From: Candidatus Woesebacteria bacterium GW2011_GWF1_31_35
Lineage (GTDB): Bacteria; Patescibacteriota; Microgenomatia; UBA8517
Direction of reading: 5' to 3'
Assembly (NCBI GenBank): GCA_001029755.1
Contig: CP011214.1
Location: forward strand, 1,754 to 65,753
DNA: 64,000 nucleotides
Below, in pieces: positions 10,528-21,397 of the stretch. The position numbers and the translations under genes were made by a program. Within the stretch, counting starts at the first letter, position 1, and every line of letters starts with the position of its first letter. Below the pieces are notes generated by a model. That model searched no databases and was not told the DNA's origin. It saw only the letters and a list, made by a program, of their open reading frames with translations.

Positions 10528-11979
10528 TTACTTGAATACGAACTTTCCAAGTTTATATTTTGGCATTTGATCCACCCAATTAACTCCAATTTCTTCAAAC
10601 TTCCAAAGTTTAGTTTCCTCTTGATAGAACTTGGGGTCAATCTTTCCTGCAAATGCAATATAAATATGAGGCTCTGAAAGTGTTTTAGAAACTATTATCT
10701 CATCAAATTTATCAGAATTATTAGTTATCTCAACTGCTTTTTCTAAATTACCTGAAAGCATACCGTCGGCTGATTTAGTTGGACTTTCAATTAAATATTT
10801 TTGAAAAAAGACAATAAAACCAAATAGAACAACTAGACCTAATAAGTATTTGACATTTTTGTTACTTTCTATTAATTTATAAATCCCTAACCCTGCTAAA
10901 ATTTGTAAAACAGGAATCATTGATATTGCTCGATTAGCAGCATAGCCTACTCCTGTTGATAAACTTGCTGGAAGTGGTGAAATTAAAAGCCATAATATTA
11001 AAAAATAAATAATTTTTTTGTCTTTAAATTTTTTAAAATTAATAATTAAAAAAAATAATCCAAATATTTCAATATAAGATAAAACTCCAAAACCTTTAAC
11101 CATTCCATAAGTTGTTTCGGCTGGACCATCTAAAATCAAAAAACTAGGAGAAAAGTATTGAAGATAATTATTTATAAATCTACTTATAACGACTTGGTAT
11201 TTATTATGAAGTAACTTTGCTAGAGTTGGGTTCATTCCATTTTGAATTAAAACAATTTTTGCCTTAGCACCATCTTCTAATGCACCACTGGTAATACTTC
11301 TTTCCGCGACTCTTGCACCAGCTCCTAGATTAAAGGTATAAATTGTTAATATTACAAACAATCCAAAAACTAATAGTGGTTTAAGTATTTTTTTAGATAA
11401 ATTGTTTTTAAAAAATACTAATAACAAAATTATTATTAAAGGTGTAATTAACTTGGCTGAATGATAAGTAAACATATTTACACCAAAGACAGTCATGGAT
11501 AAATAGTATTTTTCTACTAAAAATAAATAAATTCCCAAAGGAAGAAATAGTGTAATTAAATTGGCTTCAAACGCTCCTCTACTCATCATAATATGCCAAG
11601 GACTAATAGTTAGTAAAAACGCAATTAAAATACCATATTTTTTATCGGAAAAAAGTTTATTTGAAAGTAAGTACAAAACATAAACAGCTAAGGTACCAAT
11701 TAAAGCATTTGGAAGCCTTACTGCAAACTTAGTTAATCCAAATATAAAAACAGAAGGAATTGTTAAATAAGCATAAATAGGTGCTTTATAATCTCCAAAG
11801 GATTTTAGAACTAAAGGAAATGCATTCCCCCATTGGTCTTTACCTGTTTTTAAAATTGAATAAGCATCATATCCAAAAGAGGCTTCATCAGGCGTAAATC
11901 CTACTGGATATTTATCAAGTGCTACAACACGAAGAAGAAAAGATAAAGCTAAAATGAGAGGTAATATCCACTTTTTCAT
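10528..11979 (-). CDS. ArnT/PMT-like GT-C glycosyltransferase
   Basis: TPDEASFGYDAYSI, DQWG, DYKAP, SPWHIMMSR. Confidence 0.85.
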   Translation of the reverse strand: MKKWILPLILALSFLLRVVALDKYPVGFTPDEASFGYDAYSILKTGKDQWGNAFPLVLKSFGDYKAPIYAYLTIPSVFIFGLTKFAVRLPNALIGTLAVYVLYLLSNKLFSDKKYGILIAFLLTISPWHIMMSRGAFEANLITLFLPLGIYLFLVEKYYLSMTVFGVNMFTYHSAKLITPLIIILLLVFFKNNLSKKILKPLLVFGLFVILTIYTFNLGAGARVAERSITSGALEDGAKAKIVLIQNGMNPTLAKLLHNKYQVVISRFINNYLQYFSPSFLILDGPAETTYGMVKGFGVLSYIEIFGLFFLIINFKKFKDKKIIYFLILWLLISPLPASLSTGVGYAANRAISMIPVLQILAGLGIYKLIESNKNVKYLLGLVVLFGFIVFFQKYLIESPTKSADGMLSGNLEKAVEITNNSDKFDEIIVSKTLSEPHIYIAFAGKIDPKFYQEETKLWKFEEIGVNWVDQMPKYKLGKFVFK

Positions 11980-13232
11980 TTAATCTCATTATATCGCGTG
12001 TAGAGCTTCAAGAGAAGGATAAACAATAAAAATCCTAAAATTCTTGGCATTAATCTGTCTCCAAATGATAAAAATGAAATAATTATATTTATCTTTGGAG
12101 TAAACCAAAAGTTATACATTCCTAATAAACTAATAGTTGTAATTAACCAATACTCCCAATTAGCTACAACGCCTGTTGTTAACAAAATGGTTAAATATGG
12201 GAAAAGTGGATAAAGATATCTTTCATGCATATTTGTCAAAAGCACAAAACTCGCAAAAGCTGTTAAAGCTAGCGTCCATGCAACTACTTTTAAATCACTA
12301 TTTTTATAAACTTTAAAAAGAAGTGGTATATAGGAAATAGTAAATAAAATATAACCCCAGATTTGATAGGTAAACCCAAAGAAAGGTAGAAAGTCTTTGA
12401 TTTCAACCGCAGAGTCCTTCACCCCAAAGATAGTTCCCCATAAATTAAATGCATTAGCAGTAACCACGTGTAATTGATCAATAAAAACTTTATCCTTATA
12501 AAGATAATAAAGCCAAAAGAAAGGTTCACCCTGTGAGAAAGGTAAGGTTATTAATGCAACCACAGTCAAAGACAACACTAATGACAAAATATACTTTTTG
12601 AAAGAATACTTTTGACGTATTGCAATAATTAAAAATATAGGAGCAAAAATTAAAAGGGAAGCTTTAATATAAATTGATAATACAAAGGCAATAATTGCAA
12701 ACAATAACTTTTTTTTATTGAGTAGATAAAATGCAAGAAGAGCAAAAAAATTAATCACTGAGTCATACTGTCCCCAAACTGATGAGTTATACCAAATAAC
12801 TGGGTTTATTAAAAAAATTAAACTTGCCCATTTTTTATTTGTCCATTTATAAATTAAATAGGCAATACCAAAATCCGCTAGAATGGCGGGGAGTTTAAGT
12901 ATGGCTGGATATAAATTTGTTTCAAAGAAAGTAATTACAATTGATGGAAATGCAGGAATTTTTGTATTAATTATCCAAAAGATGCCAAAGATAAATTCAA
13001 AAAATTTTCTAATCCCTGCAAACATATATATCGTCCCAGGAGGTTGATTTGGCCAAGTAAAATTCCAAACATTTTCTGTATAAAACTTTGCGGGACCATA
13101 CTGCCAAAACCTAATACCCCAATCAAAATGATTATTTAAATCAGGATGCCAAATTAAAAAGGATAATATAAGTCTAAAACAGAAAGCTACAAAAAAAATC
13201 CAAAATATCTTCGATCTAATTAGTTTTCGCAT
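11976..13232 (-). CDS. GT-C glycosyltransferase (ALG6/8- or GT87-like, MHERY motif)
   Basis: HPDL..H..W, NQPP, KLPAILAD, NSSVWGQYD, NAFNLW, MHERYLYP. Confidence 0.75.
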   Translation of the reverse strand: MRKLIRSKIFWIFFVAFCFRLILSFLIWHPDLNNHFDWGIRFWQYGPAKFYTENVWNFTWPNQPPGTIYMFAGIRKFFEFIFGIFWIINTKIPAFPSIVITFFETNLYPAILKLPAILADFGIAYLIYKWTNKKWASLIFLINPVIWYNSSVWGQYDSVINFFALLAFYLLNKKKLLFAIIAFVLSIYIKASLLIFAPIFLIIAIRQKYSFKKYILSLVLSLTVVALITLPFSQGEPFFWLYYLYKDKVFIDQLHVVTANAFNLWGTIFGVKDSAVEIKDFLPFFGFTYQIWGYILFTISYIPLLFKVYKNSDLKVVAWTLALTAFASFVLLTNMHERYLYPLFPYLTILLTTGVVANWEYWLITTISLLGMYNFWFTPKINIIISFLSFGDRLMPRILGFLLFILLLKLYTRYNEIK

Positions 13233-14472
13233 AATCTTTTAAAAATAAATAGATTAGATAAATAAAAAATATCAGATTCAATGTTAGTAGAATTTTTTCA
13301 AAAAAATGATTCGAAAATATGCTAACCAATATATCAATTTTTGGTACCCACCAAAAATGATATAGGTTCAATAAATGCATTGTAGAAAAGAAGTAAAAAA
13401 GTTTCCTAATTTTTTTATCAGCTACAGCTACAGGAATCAAAAGAACCAAAACAGGGTAAAAATATCTTTCATGCATCCTTGGTAAAAACATGAATGCGAT
13501 AAATGATAAAATCGTTGCCATCAATAAAATAGACTTCGTTCCAAAATTCTTTTTTAGTAACAAAATAAATGGTGCAATAGCAGAAATGATATAAACTCCT
13601 TTTCCTAAAATATTTGCAGGTATTCCCAAAAATAGAGACGTATCAGGCCTATTATCAAAACCAAAAAATAATGCCCAAAAATTAAAGGCGTTGGCAACCA
13701 TATATCCAAGTACACCATTCAAACTTCTTAAATAAAATGATATTACCCATGTTAATAATCCATTTGGATGGAAAGGAAAATATAAACTAAGGATAAGAAT
13801 TAGAGAAAACAGCATACCAATAAATATTTCTTTAATTTTACCTTTCCTAAAAAGCCAATAAACAAATACAGGGAAAGCAAAAAACGCTGTTGGCTTAGTC
13901 AATAATGCCAAAGTATAAATAAGCATCGAACTTTTTAATTTTCCTTTATGAAGTAAATAAAACGCACCAATCATTGGAAGCGCAAAGATACTTTCTGTCT
14001 GTCCCCAAAGACTGGAGTTGTACCAAAAAACAGGAAAAAAGGCAAATATTTTGGCAGCCAAAAGTCCGGCTTTTTTATCTTTAAGATCTTTAGCAAAAAG
14101 ATATAAAACGTATATTATTCCTAAATCAGAAAATATTGCAGGTAGTTTGTTAAAAACATACCACCCCTGAGGTGATTCTAACCAGAAAATCAAATTTGAA
14201 GGGAAAATTTTAATGTTTACATTTAAAAACCAGACAACTTGCCAAAAGATATTGTGTAAAATACCTGTAAACCAAAAAAGATATGACGTCACTGGTGGAT
14301 AAATCGGTTGCGTGGCATTAGCAATATTATGATCATAAAAACCAGTTAATCCATTGGAAACTAGATCTCTTGTCCACCAATAAAAATCATTGACGTCTCC
14401 ATGATACCCTAAGAAAGAAACAACAAGTCTTAATAATAATGCCAGTAAAATTATCTTAAATATTTTTTTCAT
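13216..14472 (-). CDS. GT-C glycosyltransferase (ALG6/8- or GT87-like, MHERY motif), paralogue of the adjacent gene
   Basis: HGDV..F..W, IYPP, KLPAIFSD, NSSLWGQTE, NAFNFW, MHERYFYP. Confidence 0.75.
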   Translation of the reverse strand: MKKIFKIILLALLLRLVVSFLGYHGDVNDFYWWTRDLVSNGLTGFYDHNIANATQPIYPPVTSYLFWFTGILHNIFWQVVWFLNVNIKIFPSNLIFWLESPQGWYVFNKLPAIFSDLGIIYVLYLFAKDLKDKKAGLLAAKIFAFFPVFWYNSSLWGQTESIFALPMIGAFYLLHKGKLKSSMLIYTLALLTKPTAFFAFPVFVYWLFRKGKIKEIFIGMLFSLILILSLYFPFHPNGLLTWVISFYLRSLNGVLGYMVANAFNFWALFFGFDNRPDTSLFLGIPANILGKGVYIISAIAPFILLLKKNFGTKSILLMATILSFIAFMFLPRMHERYFYPVLVLLIPVAVADKKIRKLFYFFSTMHLLNLYHFWWVPKIDILVSIFSNHFFEKILLTLNLIFFIYLIYLFLKDYAKTN

Positions 14473-14499
14473 GAAATATTAAATCTACTTGATTAATAA

Positions 14500-16218
14500 T
14501 CATTTTGCTTTTGTAAATAAGTAAAAAGCTGGTTCACCTGATGGAAATGCTATTGATTTAATCAAGGTCAGTCCATTTGGTTTTTTAGTAGGATCCATAA
14601 TCAGGTTCCAAGGAATTTCTTTTGCAGAAGCTAAATATAAATCTTTTTCTGTAATTACTTTTTCTAACCCATAAATTCCATTTTCATCTTTATTCGGAGA
14701 CCCAAAATAAAATTTACCGGTATGAGAAATTTTTCCAAAACCGGCAACTTCTACATCATTTCCTATAGGAAACTCTTTTTGCCAAAGAGAAGGTGGATAC
14801 TCATACCAACCAGCAAAAAATATCCAAGCAGGTTCATCTGCCATTGTAATTATTACTTTATCGTAATCTTTTTCAATTCCTTTAATGGTTTGGATTGATT
14901 CTTTCCAACCTGTGTGCCACCAACGTTCAGAATCCCAAGGATAGTGAATATAATATAAATGTAAGTAACTTCCAAACTCTAAAATTAAAATAGCAAAATA
15001 AATAATTATTACTATTTTTTTCATTTCAAATAACTTTTTAACTCCATATGAAATTAAAAATATTAGTGGTGGAAGAATCAAGATAAGACGAGTGGCATGA
15101 TTTCCGCCATCACGTGTTATGGAAGCCGGAATAATTCCTGCAATAATCCAAAATAGAATAAATAACTTTAATTTGAAATTTTGATTTTTGTCTGAAATAA
15201 ATAGAATTAAACCTAATATTATTGCAATAAATTCTACTTTATAAAATTCTCCTACCCCAGTTGACGAATGTCTTGGATTAGGATCTCCCTTGGCAAACAA
15301 AAATTCAACTGAAAGGCTTTCTAAAAAATTATTTGAAATAGTATTTCCCCAAAATACAAATTTATTATGCATTATCCTATCTAATAGTTTTGGAGATAAG
15401 CCAGTTCCAGTTTCACCTCTAAACCTACTATCTTGTAATCTTAATGTCCCCACTTCAGGTTCCACAATTGGATCTGAAAAAACACTTATATAATTAAATC
15501 TTTGTCCTCCACCAGAAAATAAAACTGCATAAGAAGTAATTCCGCCTAAAATTAAAAGAGTTATTAATGTATTTATTAAATATTTTTTTGGAAGAGAAAA
15601 TATTTCTTTCTTAAAAAAAATAATTAAAAATACTAAAAGAAAAGGAGTAAATAATTTCGCAGTACTATAAATTAATGGTGTTAAAACTAAAAGTCCTGCA
15701 GAAAGCCATAAATATTTCCCATTCTTCAAACTTTTAAAGAAGATATAAAGTCCAAAAAGTAAAAACGTTAATAACATTGTAACTTCAAAGCCAGTGCGGG
15801 AATATTGTAAATGCCAAGGATTAATTGCTAAAATTGCTGCTGAAATTAAACCCAAATTTTTATTATCAGTTAATTCTTTAATTAAAAGATAAATTCCTAA
15901 AATTCCTAATATCCCAAAAATGGCAGCAGGTAGACGAACACCTAAGGCGTTTATTCCAAAAATTGCTACGGTTGGAACTGCAGAGTATAGATATAAAGGT
16001 GTCCTCCATTCAGCTAAACTTTGAAAATGCAGTGGCATAAAATTTCCTGAATAATCTTTCCCTGTTTTTAAAATAGAATATGCATGATATCCAACATCTA
16101 ACTCGTCCCCAAAAAGTGAGACAGGATCAGAAGAAATCTTGTATAACCTCAAAAATGAAGCTACTAATAAAATTACTATTAATATGACGTTTTTAAAAAT
16201 TATCTTTTTCAAATTCAC
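14500..16218 (-). CDS. ArnT/PMT-like GT-C glycosyltransferase
   Basis: FGDELDVGYHAYSI, NPWHLQYSR; GTG start. Confidence 0.85.
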   Translation of the reverse strand: MNLKKIIFKNVILIVILLVASFLRLYKISSDPVSLFGDELDVGYHAYSILKTGKDYSGNFMPLHFQSLAEWRTPLYLYSAVPTVAIFGINALGVRLPAAIFGILGILGIYLLIKELTDNKNLGLISAAILAINPWHLQYSRTGFEVTMLLTFLLFGLYIFFKSLKNGKYLWLSAGLLVLTPLIYSTAKLFTPFLLVFLIIFFKKEIFSLPKKYLINTLITLLILGGITSYAVLFSGGGQRFNYISVFSDPIVEPEVGTLRLQDSRFRGETGTGLSPKLLDRIMHNKFVFWGNTISNNFLESLSVEFLFAKGDPNPRHSSTGVGEFYKVEFIAIILGLILFISDKNQNFKLKLFILFWIIAGIIPASITRDGGNHATRLILILPPLIFLISYGVKKLFEMKKIVIIIYFAILILEFGSYLHLYYIHYPWDSERWWHTGWKESIQTIKGIEKDYDKVIITMADEPAWIFFAGWYEYPPSLWQKEFPIGNDVEVAGFGKISHTGKFYFGSPNKDENGIYGLEKVITEKDLYLASAKEIPWNLIMDPTKKPNGLTLIKSIAFPSGEPAFYLFTKAK

Positions 16219-16224
16219 ACTTAA

Positions 16225-16233
16225 ATAATACCA
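16225..16233 (-). promoter_or_regulatory. Extended -10 promoter (TGgTATTAT) 6 nt before the GTG start
   Basis: Minus strand reads tggTATTATttaagtGTG. Confidence 0.6.
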
Positions 16234-16280
16234 CTATTTTAGTAGTTTAATAATTTAAAGTTAAAAAATTTTAATAAGTT

Positions 16281-17171
16281 TTAAGAAAACATAGAAAGGA
16301 TTGCCTCATCACTAACTTTCCCTTCCTTAATCTCTTTCTTTCTAGCCTTTAAAACAATCTTAAGACGCATCAATGCCATGAAAACTACTCTTAAGTAACC
16401 AGGGTGTTTTAAACTTCTACTTAATAATCCTACAATGTGTTTTTTGATTAAATTTTTACTGTGAATATTTTTCCAAATTACTAATAATTGATTTCTTTCC
16501 TTTACTCTTCCAACATATTTTTGTGGAAGTTTTGATATTGTTGACTCATGATGATGGATACAATTACCATTTGGTTCCCAAAGATTAATATAGCCTCTTT
16601 TGATTGCTCTATAACCTAAATCTACATCTTCCCAATAAAAAGGAGATAATAATTTTTCATCCATACCACCTAGTTCTTTCCATAAAGATTTTCTAAATAA
16701 TCCACTTCCACCGCTAACATAAAGGCAGGGATGAAGTGCATTATCCTCTTTTCCCATGGCAAGTTGAATATATCCGTCTCCAAAATATCCTTTTTCATAT
16801 CCATAATCTTTTTCATGCAAAGAAACCGCAAATACTTTCTTATTATCAAAATGGGGCAAAGAAGACTCCAAAAAATTAACTTCTGGAATTACATCAATAT
16901 TTATAAGAAGAATCAAATCTCCAGTGGATGCTCTAACTCCTGTATTTACACTAGCTGAAAACCCTCTATTTTTGGTATGTTTTATAAGTTTAATTCTTCC
17001 TTTAAAATTTTGAGTTAAAAATGAAACACTATCATCCCAAGAACCATCATCAACAATAATAATTTCACAAATATTATTTTTAGGGTTATTAGAGGCAGCT
17101 AAAAGTATTGGAAGATTTTTCTCCAAGATAGTTTTACCGTTTAAACTAGGCATTACAACAGATACTTTCAT
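16281..17171 (-). CDS. GT2 glycosyltransferase (rhamnosyltransferase/WbbL-like group)
   Basis: VDDGSWD, NRGFSASVN.G, LINID, GGMDE...YWEDVDLGYR. Confidence 0.85.
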   Translation of the reverse strand: MKVSVVMPSLNGKTILEKNLPILLAASNNPKNNICEIIIVDDGSWDDSVSFLTQNFKGRIKLIKHTKNRGFSASVNTGVRASTGDLILLINIDVIPEVNFLESSLPHFDNKKVFAVSLHEKDYGYEKGYFGDGYIQLAMGKEDNALHPCLYVSGGSGLFRKSLWKELGGMDEKLLSPFYWEDVDLGYRAIKRGYINLWEPNGNCIHHHESTISKLPQKYVGRVKERNQLLVIWKNIHSKNLIKKHIVGLLSRSLKHPGYLRVVFMALMRLKIVLKARKKEIKEGKVSDEAILSMFS

Positions 17172-17176
17172 ATTAT

Positions 17177-17848
17177 TTATTTTCTAACCTTTACCAAGTG
17201 TAACATTTTTAAATGAAATTTTTTATCCACTTCCACCTTAAAACCGGCTTTTTTACAAAGTGTAGGAAGAAAGTTTTCTCTATATGTTTGAATATGAGTA
17301 TCTTTCCATACCCAACCTCTTGGATAAAAGGTTAACCATAACCACCAAACTATTTTAAATAAATCATTATCAGAAGGAACTAAAAATACCCCAAAACCAT
17401 TTTTCTTTAATACTCTTTTAACTTCAAGTAATACTTTTAAAGGATTCTCAACATGTTCTAATACTTCCATAATATAAACAGCATCAAATTCATCTGATTT
17501 AAATTTGAGTTCCTGTGCATCCCCCACTATAAATTTCATTTTTTTATTTTTCTTCCAATGTTTCTTTGCCCAATTAATTGAAGTCTTAATTACATCAATA
17601 CCAATTAAAGAAGAAGCATTAGTTGCATCCAATATTACTTTTGAAAACATTCCATCTGCACATCCTATGTCTAAAACTTTATCGACAGGTTCTGATATTT
17701 TGGTTACTTCCTCAAACCTTCTTTTGTGCCAATATCTTTGAAAAATATCTACCTTTAAAGACTGATAATACCAATCAGCAGGAACATTCTCATGAAGTTC
17801 AACAGCTTTTGATTTTTTTTTAATTTTATTCACTTTAATATTTGACAT
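17177..17848 (-). CDS. Class I SAM-dependent methyltransferase
   Basis: VLDIGCADG, GDAQEL, FDAV...EVLEHV, VKRVLKKNG. Confidence 0.85.
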   Translation of the reverse strand: MSNIKVNKIKKKSKAVELHENVPADWYYQSLKVDIFQRYWHKRRFEEVTKISEPVDKVLDIGCADGMFSKVILDATNASSLIGIDVIKTSINWAKKHWKKNKKMKFIVGDAQELKFKSDEFDAVYIMEVLEHVENPLKVLLEVKRVLKKNGFGVFLVPSDNDLFKIVWWLWLTFYPRGWVWKDTHIQTYRENFLPTLCKKAGFKVEVDKKFHLKMLHLVKVRK

Positions 17849-18867
17849 ACATTTTTTTTAAAAAACTCATAACTATATTTTAAAGATGATTTTTTAGCTT
17901 CTGTTGAAATATCTTTATAAAGTCCACCTGTTTTTGTGATTTTTTCTGTAATCCTTATTAAATCTTTCTTATTTTGCCACAAAAAACCATTTTCACCACT
18001 AGTAATTATTTCTTTATAACCACCGGCATTATAAACAACAGGAACACATCCTGCTGACATGCTTTCAATTAAACTAATTCCAAAATGTTCTACTTTTTCA
18101 GGACTACTTGTTTCATTCACCTCGTAACCAGCAGCTGACCAAAAAAATTTGGATTTCCCATATATTTCTTTTAGTTTATTAAAATCAGGACTTTCTACAA
18201 ACTCAATATTAATATTTTTATTTAAAGTCTTTAATCTATTCAAATAGTTTCCAACACCAACTTCAATTCCACCTGCTAAAATTAATTTCCAATCAGTAAA
18301 ACCTTTCTCTTTTATTAAGTTTTTAAAAACATCAATTAAAATTTCATGACCTTTATTCTGAACAAGATTTGAAAATCTTCCGACATATAAAATTATATTT
18401 TCTTTTCTTTTAGATTTAATAGAAAGAATATCAACAGGTGGGTAAATAACCAAGCTATTAACTCCATATTCTTTATCAATCACTTTCTTTGTAAAATTTG
18501 AATTACAAATTATTTTATTAATCCTAAAAAGTTTCATCTTATTTAAAAGTGTTTTTCCGTTAACATTTTTAAAAGGAACTTGAAAATGAAGAAAATTAGT
18601 TCTAGCTCTTAATGTTGGAATACTTCCATCGCTTATCCAAAAACAAATATCATAGTTTTCACCCCTTTTGATATCATCAACAAAATTGATATTTTCCGAT
18701 AATTTAATACCGAATCGATTTTGTATTTTTTCTTTCATTGATTTATCTTTCCACTCAATATCAACGACATACCCCTCATCTGCCAAAACTTTAGCAAAAA
18801 ATATTGTGTATCTTTCCCCACCCCCAAGTGTATCTAGATACGGGTTGAAAATTGCTGCTTTTCCCAT
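17830..18867 (-). CDS. GT4 glycosyltransferase (ALG11-like)
   Basis: GGGERY, NSNFT, IYPPVD, VGRF, EHFGISLIESMSAG. Confidence 0.85.
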   Translation of the reverse strand: MGKAAIFNPYLDTLGGGERYTIFFAKVLADEGYVVDIEWKDKSMKEKIQNRFGIKLSENINFVDDIKRGENYDICFWISDGSIPTLRARTNFLHFQVPFKNVNGKTLLNKMKLFRINKIICNSNFTKKVIDKEYGVNSLVIYPPVDILSIKSKRKENIILYVGRFSNLVQNKGHEILIDVFKNLIKEKGFTDWKLILAGGIEVGVGNYLNRLKTLNKNINIEFVESPDFNKLKEIYGKSKFFWSAAGYEVNETSSPEKVEHFGISLIESMSAGCVPVVYNAGGYKEIITSGENGFLWQNKKDLIRITEKITKTGGLYKDISTEAKKSSLKYSYEFFKKNVCQILK

Positions 18868-19547
18868 AATTTAGAATATGAAATTAACCTGCTGTAAACT
18901 TGATAGAATGCATATATTACTCCTAATGAACCATCCATAAAAGCCCTTTGTTTAAAAAATCTTAAATAAAATTCGCGACACCCTGCTGAAAAGAATCTAA
19001 AAATATTCATTTTAGGATGATTTGCGCTAAACATTAACTGTCCTTCAATTTCGGACCAATTATTTGTTTTATCTAACATTTCACTAATTGTTAGATCTTT
19101 ATGATGAATTATAGAATTATCAATTTTACCTAATTTTCCCTCAAATTCAGGTGTCTCATGAAGATCACCTTGCCATTTTTTAAAATTCTTCTTTAAAAAA
19201 AGTCTCTTTTGATAATCAGGATATTGTCCGCCATATTTAAATTCTTTACCAAAAATAATATTTTTCCTAGGTATTTTAAATCCCGTAAACATAATTTTTG
19301 GATTATTAATAATATTATTAATTTCTTTTTGTAAACTCGTGGTTACTTCTTCATCAGTATCAATGTAAAGAATCCAATCACCAATTGCTTTTTTATGTCC
19401 TAAGTTTCTCCATTCAGAAAAACTTCCCTGTTGGTTTTTTGTTTCAACTCGAACTATTTCGTCAGCCCATGAAACTGAATTTAGACATTTTTTAAATAAA
19501 CCATCATTAATTTTTTCTCCTACTAAAATAATTACTGAAATTTTCAT
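18834..19547 (-). CDS. GT2 glycosyltransferase
   Basis: WILYIDTDEE, IPRKN, YPDYQKRLF, LHE; start chosen at the ATGA overlap with the upstream gene. Confidence 0.85.
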   Translation of the reverse strand: MKISVIILVGEKINDGLFKKCLNSVSWADEIVRVETKNQQGSFSEWRNLGHKKAIGDWILYIDTDEEVTTSLQKEINNIINNPKIMFTGFKIPRKNIIFGKEFKYGGQYPDYQKRLFLKKNFKKWQGDLHETPEFEGKLGKIDNSIIHHKDLTISEMLDKTNNWSEIEGQLMFSANHPKMNIFRFFSAGCREFYLRFFKQRAFMDGSLGVIYAFYQVYSRLISYSKLWEKQQFSTRI

Positions 19548-20494
19548 TTTTTGCTGTTTAGCCATCTACCTGAACCAAATCGATGAAGATAATAATCAGT
19601 TACACCTTTTTTCTGCCATTCACGACCTGTAAATAAAAGTCTAATGCTATCTCTTAAAAGTGCAAACTTAGTCCTTAAACTTGAGTATCGAGATCCAAAG
19701 ATAAGTCTATTTCTAATTAAAAAATAATCATTTGAAGGACTTCCGGAATTTCCTGTACTTACTGAAACCATATGCCAAAGCTTTGTTTCTGGAGTATAGA
19801 CTACTCTGAAACCAGCTTTTTTAACTTGTTCTGAATAATCTGCATCTTCCCAATAAAGAAAAAATGTTTCATCCATTGTTCCAATTTTTTTAATAACTTC
19901 TTTAGTAATTAACATACAAGCCCCATTTGCAAAGTCTGTATCTTCAATTTTTTCATATTGACCTTTATCTACTTCATCAACTCCCCTATGTGATGAGTAA
20001 ACATTGTTTCTATCTAAAATTCCTCCTGCATACCAAATCACTTTCCCTTTTTCACTTTCCTTGTATCTATCCTTATGAAATTCAAACCCTGGAGCAAAAT
20101 ACATCTTGGGGGAGATTAATCCTATGGTTTTGTCTTTCTCAGCTAAAGAAACAATTTTAGTTAAAATATCTTCAGATAAGATCAAATCATTGTTCATTAA
20201 AATTACATAGTCAGCTCCACGTTTTATTGCATCTTTAATTCCATAATTATTTCCCCCAGCAAAACCCTTATTTGACCCAGTCTCGATAAATTTATAACCC
20301 ATATTGGAAAGTGTGTATTTTGAAAGTTCCTCTATAGTTTCATCCGTCGAACCATTATCAACAATAATCGTTTCAGCAATTAAACCTTTTGTATCAAGCT
20401 TGGATACATCTTTAAGTTGATCTTTAGTCATCTTGAGGGCATTCCAAGTTAAGATTACTATCGATACTTTAGGGATTTTGTTATTTTTAGCCAT
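19544..20494 (-). CDS. GT2 glycosyltransferase (rhamnosyltransferase-like)
   Basis: VDNGSTD, GFAGGNN.G, MNND, GACML, YWEDADY. Confidence 0.85.
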   Translation of the reverse strand: MAKNNKIPKVSIVILTWNALKMTKDQLKDVSKLDTKGLIAETIIVDNGSTDETIEELSKYTLSNMGYKFIETGSNKGFAGGNNYGIKDAIKRGADYVILMNNDLILSEDILTKIVSLAEKDKTIGLISPKMYFAPGFEFHKDRYKESEKGKVIWYAGGILDRNNVYSSHRGVDEVDKGQYEKIEDTDFANGACMLITKEVIKKIGTMDETFFLYWEDADYSEQVKKAGFRVVYTPETKLWHMVSVSTGNSGSPSNDYFLIRNRLIFGSRYSSLRTKFALLRDSIRLLFTGREWQKKGVTDYYLHRFGSGRWLNSKK

Positions 20495-21369
20495 AATTTT
20501 TTAAAAAAGTTGGTACTTTCTAATATTTTTGAATTAATTATCCACCAAGAAAAATCTTTGTAAGATTTTTCAAATATTTCATGAACTTCGGTGATATCTA
20601 GTTTTTTCTTTTTAAAATCCTGTTTTTGCCACAGTTTTGAATAAAGAACGATTTCTGAAAATGCCTGTAATAGAGAAAGGTTTAACCCATGAAGACCATC
20701 TTTAAAGCCTTCCTCTGCAAAATATCTTCTTAAAAATTCTGCAGTTGGTTTAATTATTAAATCTTTCCAAGAAAACTCCACTCCTTTTTTATTTAATTCT
20801 CTTGCCTGAATGGTAGTATATCTATTCATCCTTGTAATATATTCTTCCAATGATGAATAGGTCTTATGTTTAATTGCTAATTCCTCACTACAGTCAATAT
20901 CCATGCCTTTCCCAGAAGTTACGGGGACAGAATGAATTATTTCGTTCCAAGAAACAGTTCCTTTTTTAAAAAACCTAATATTAAGGTCAGGCCACCAACC
21001 AGTATGCTTCATCCATTTACCAAAAATTATGTTACGACGAGGAATTCTATAGAAATTGGCCTGTGGCTCTTTAATTTCATTTTTAAGATAAATTTTTAAT
21101 GTTTCAGGTATTTCTTCATCAGCGTCTAAAATAAAAACCCATTCATACTTAGCCTTCTCAATTGCAAAATTTCTAGCAGGCTCAACATAACCTATTTTTT
21201 TATGCTTAAATACTCTTGCTTTAAATTTTTTAGCAATTTCTCTAGTTTGATCCGTTGACATCATGTCAACCACTACAATCTCATTTGCAAAGCCTTTTAG
21301 AGAAGAAAGGGCACGAGATAGCCTCTTTTCCTCATTATAAGTGTTAACTACGACAGAAATCTTAGCCAT
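20458..21369 (-). CDS. GT2 glycosyltransferase
   Basis: ISVVVNTYNEE, LDADE, WWPD..IRFF. Confidence 0.85.
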   Translation of the reverse strand: MAKISVVVNTYNEEKRLSRALSSLKGFANEIVVVDMMSTDQTREIAKKFKARVFKHKKIGYVEPARNFAIEKAKYEWVFILDADEEIPETLKIYLKNEIKEPQANFYRIPRRNIIFGKWMKHTGWWPDLNIRFFKKGTVSWNEIIHSVPVTSGKGMDIDCSEELAIKHKTYSSLEEYITRMNRYTTIQARELNKKGVEFSWKDLIIKPTAEFLRRYFAEEGFKDGLHGLNLSLLQAFSEIVLYSKLWQKQDFKKKKLDITEVHEIFEKSYKDFSWWIINSKILESTNFFKKLWLKITKSLKYR

Positions 21370-21376
21370 ACCCTTA

Positions 21377-21385
21377 ATTGTATCA
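21377..21385 (-). promoter_or_regulatory. Extended -10 promoter (TGaTACAAT) 7 nt before ATG
   Basis: Minus strand reads tgaTACAATtaagggtATG. Confidence 0.65.
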
Positions 21386-21397
21386 AAGAAGCCAAAA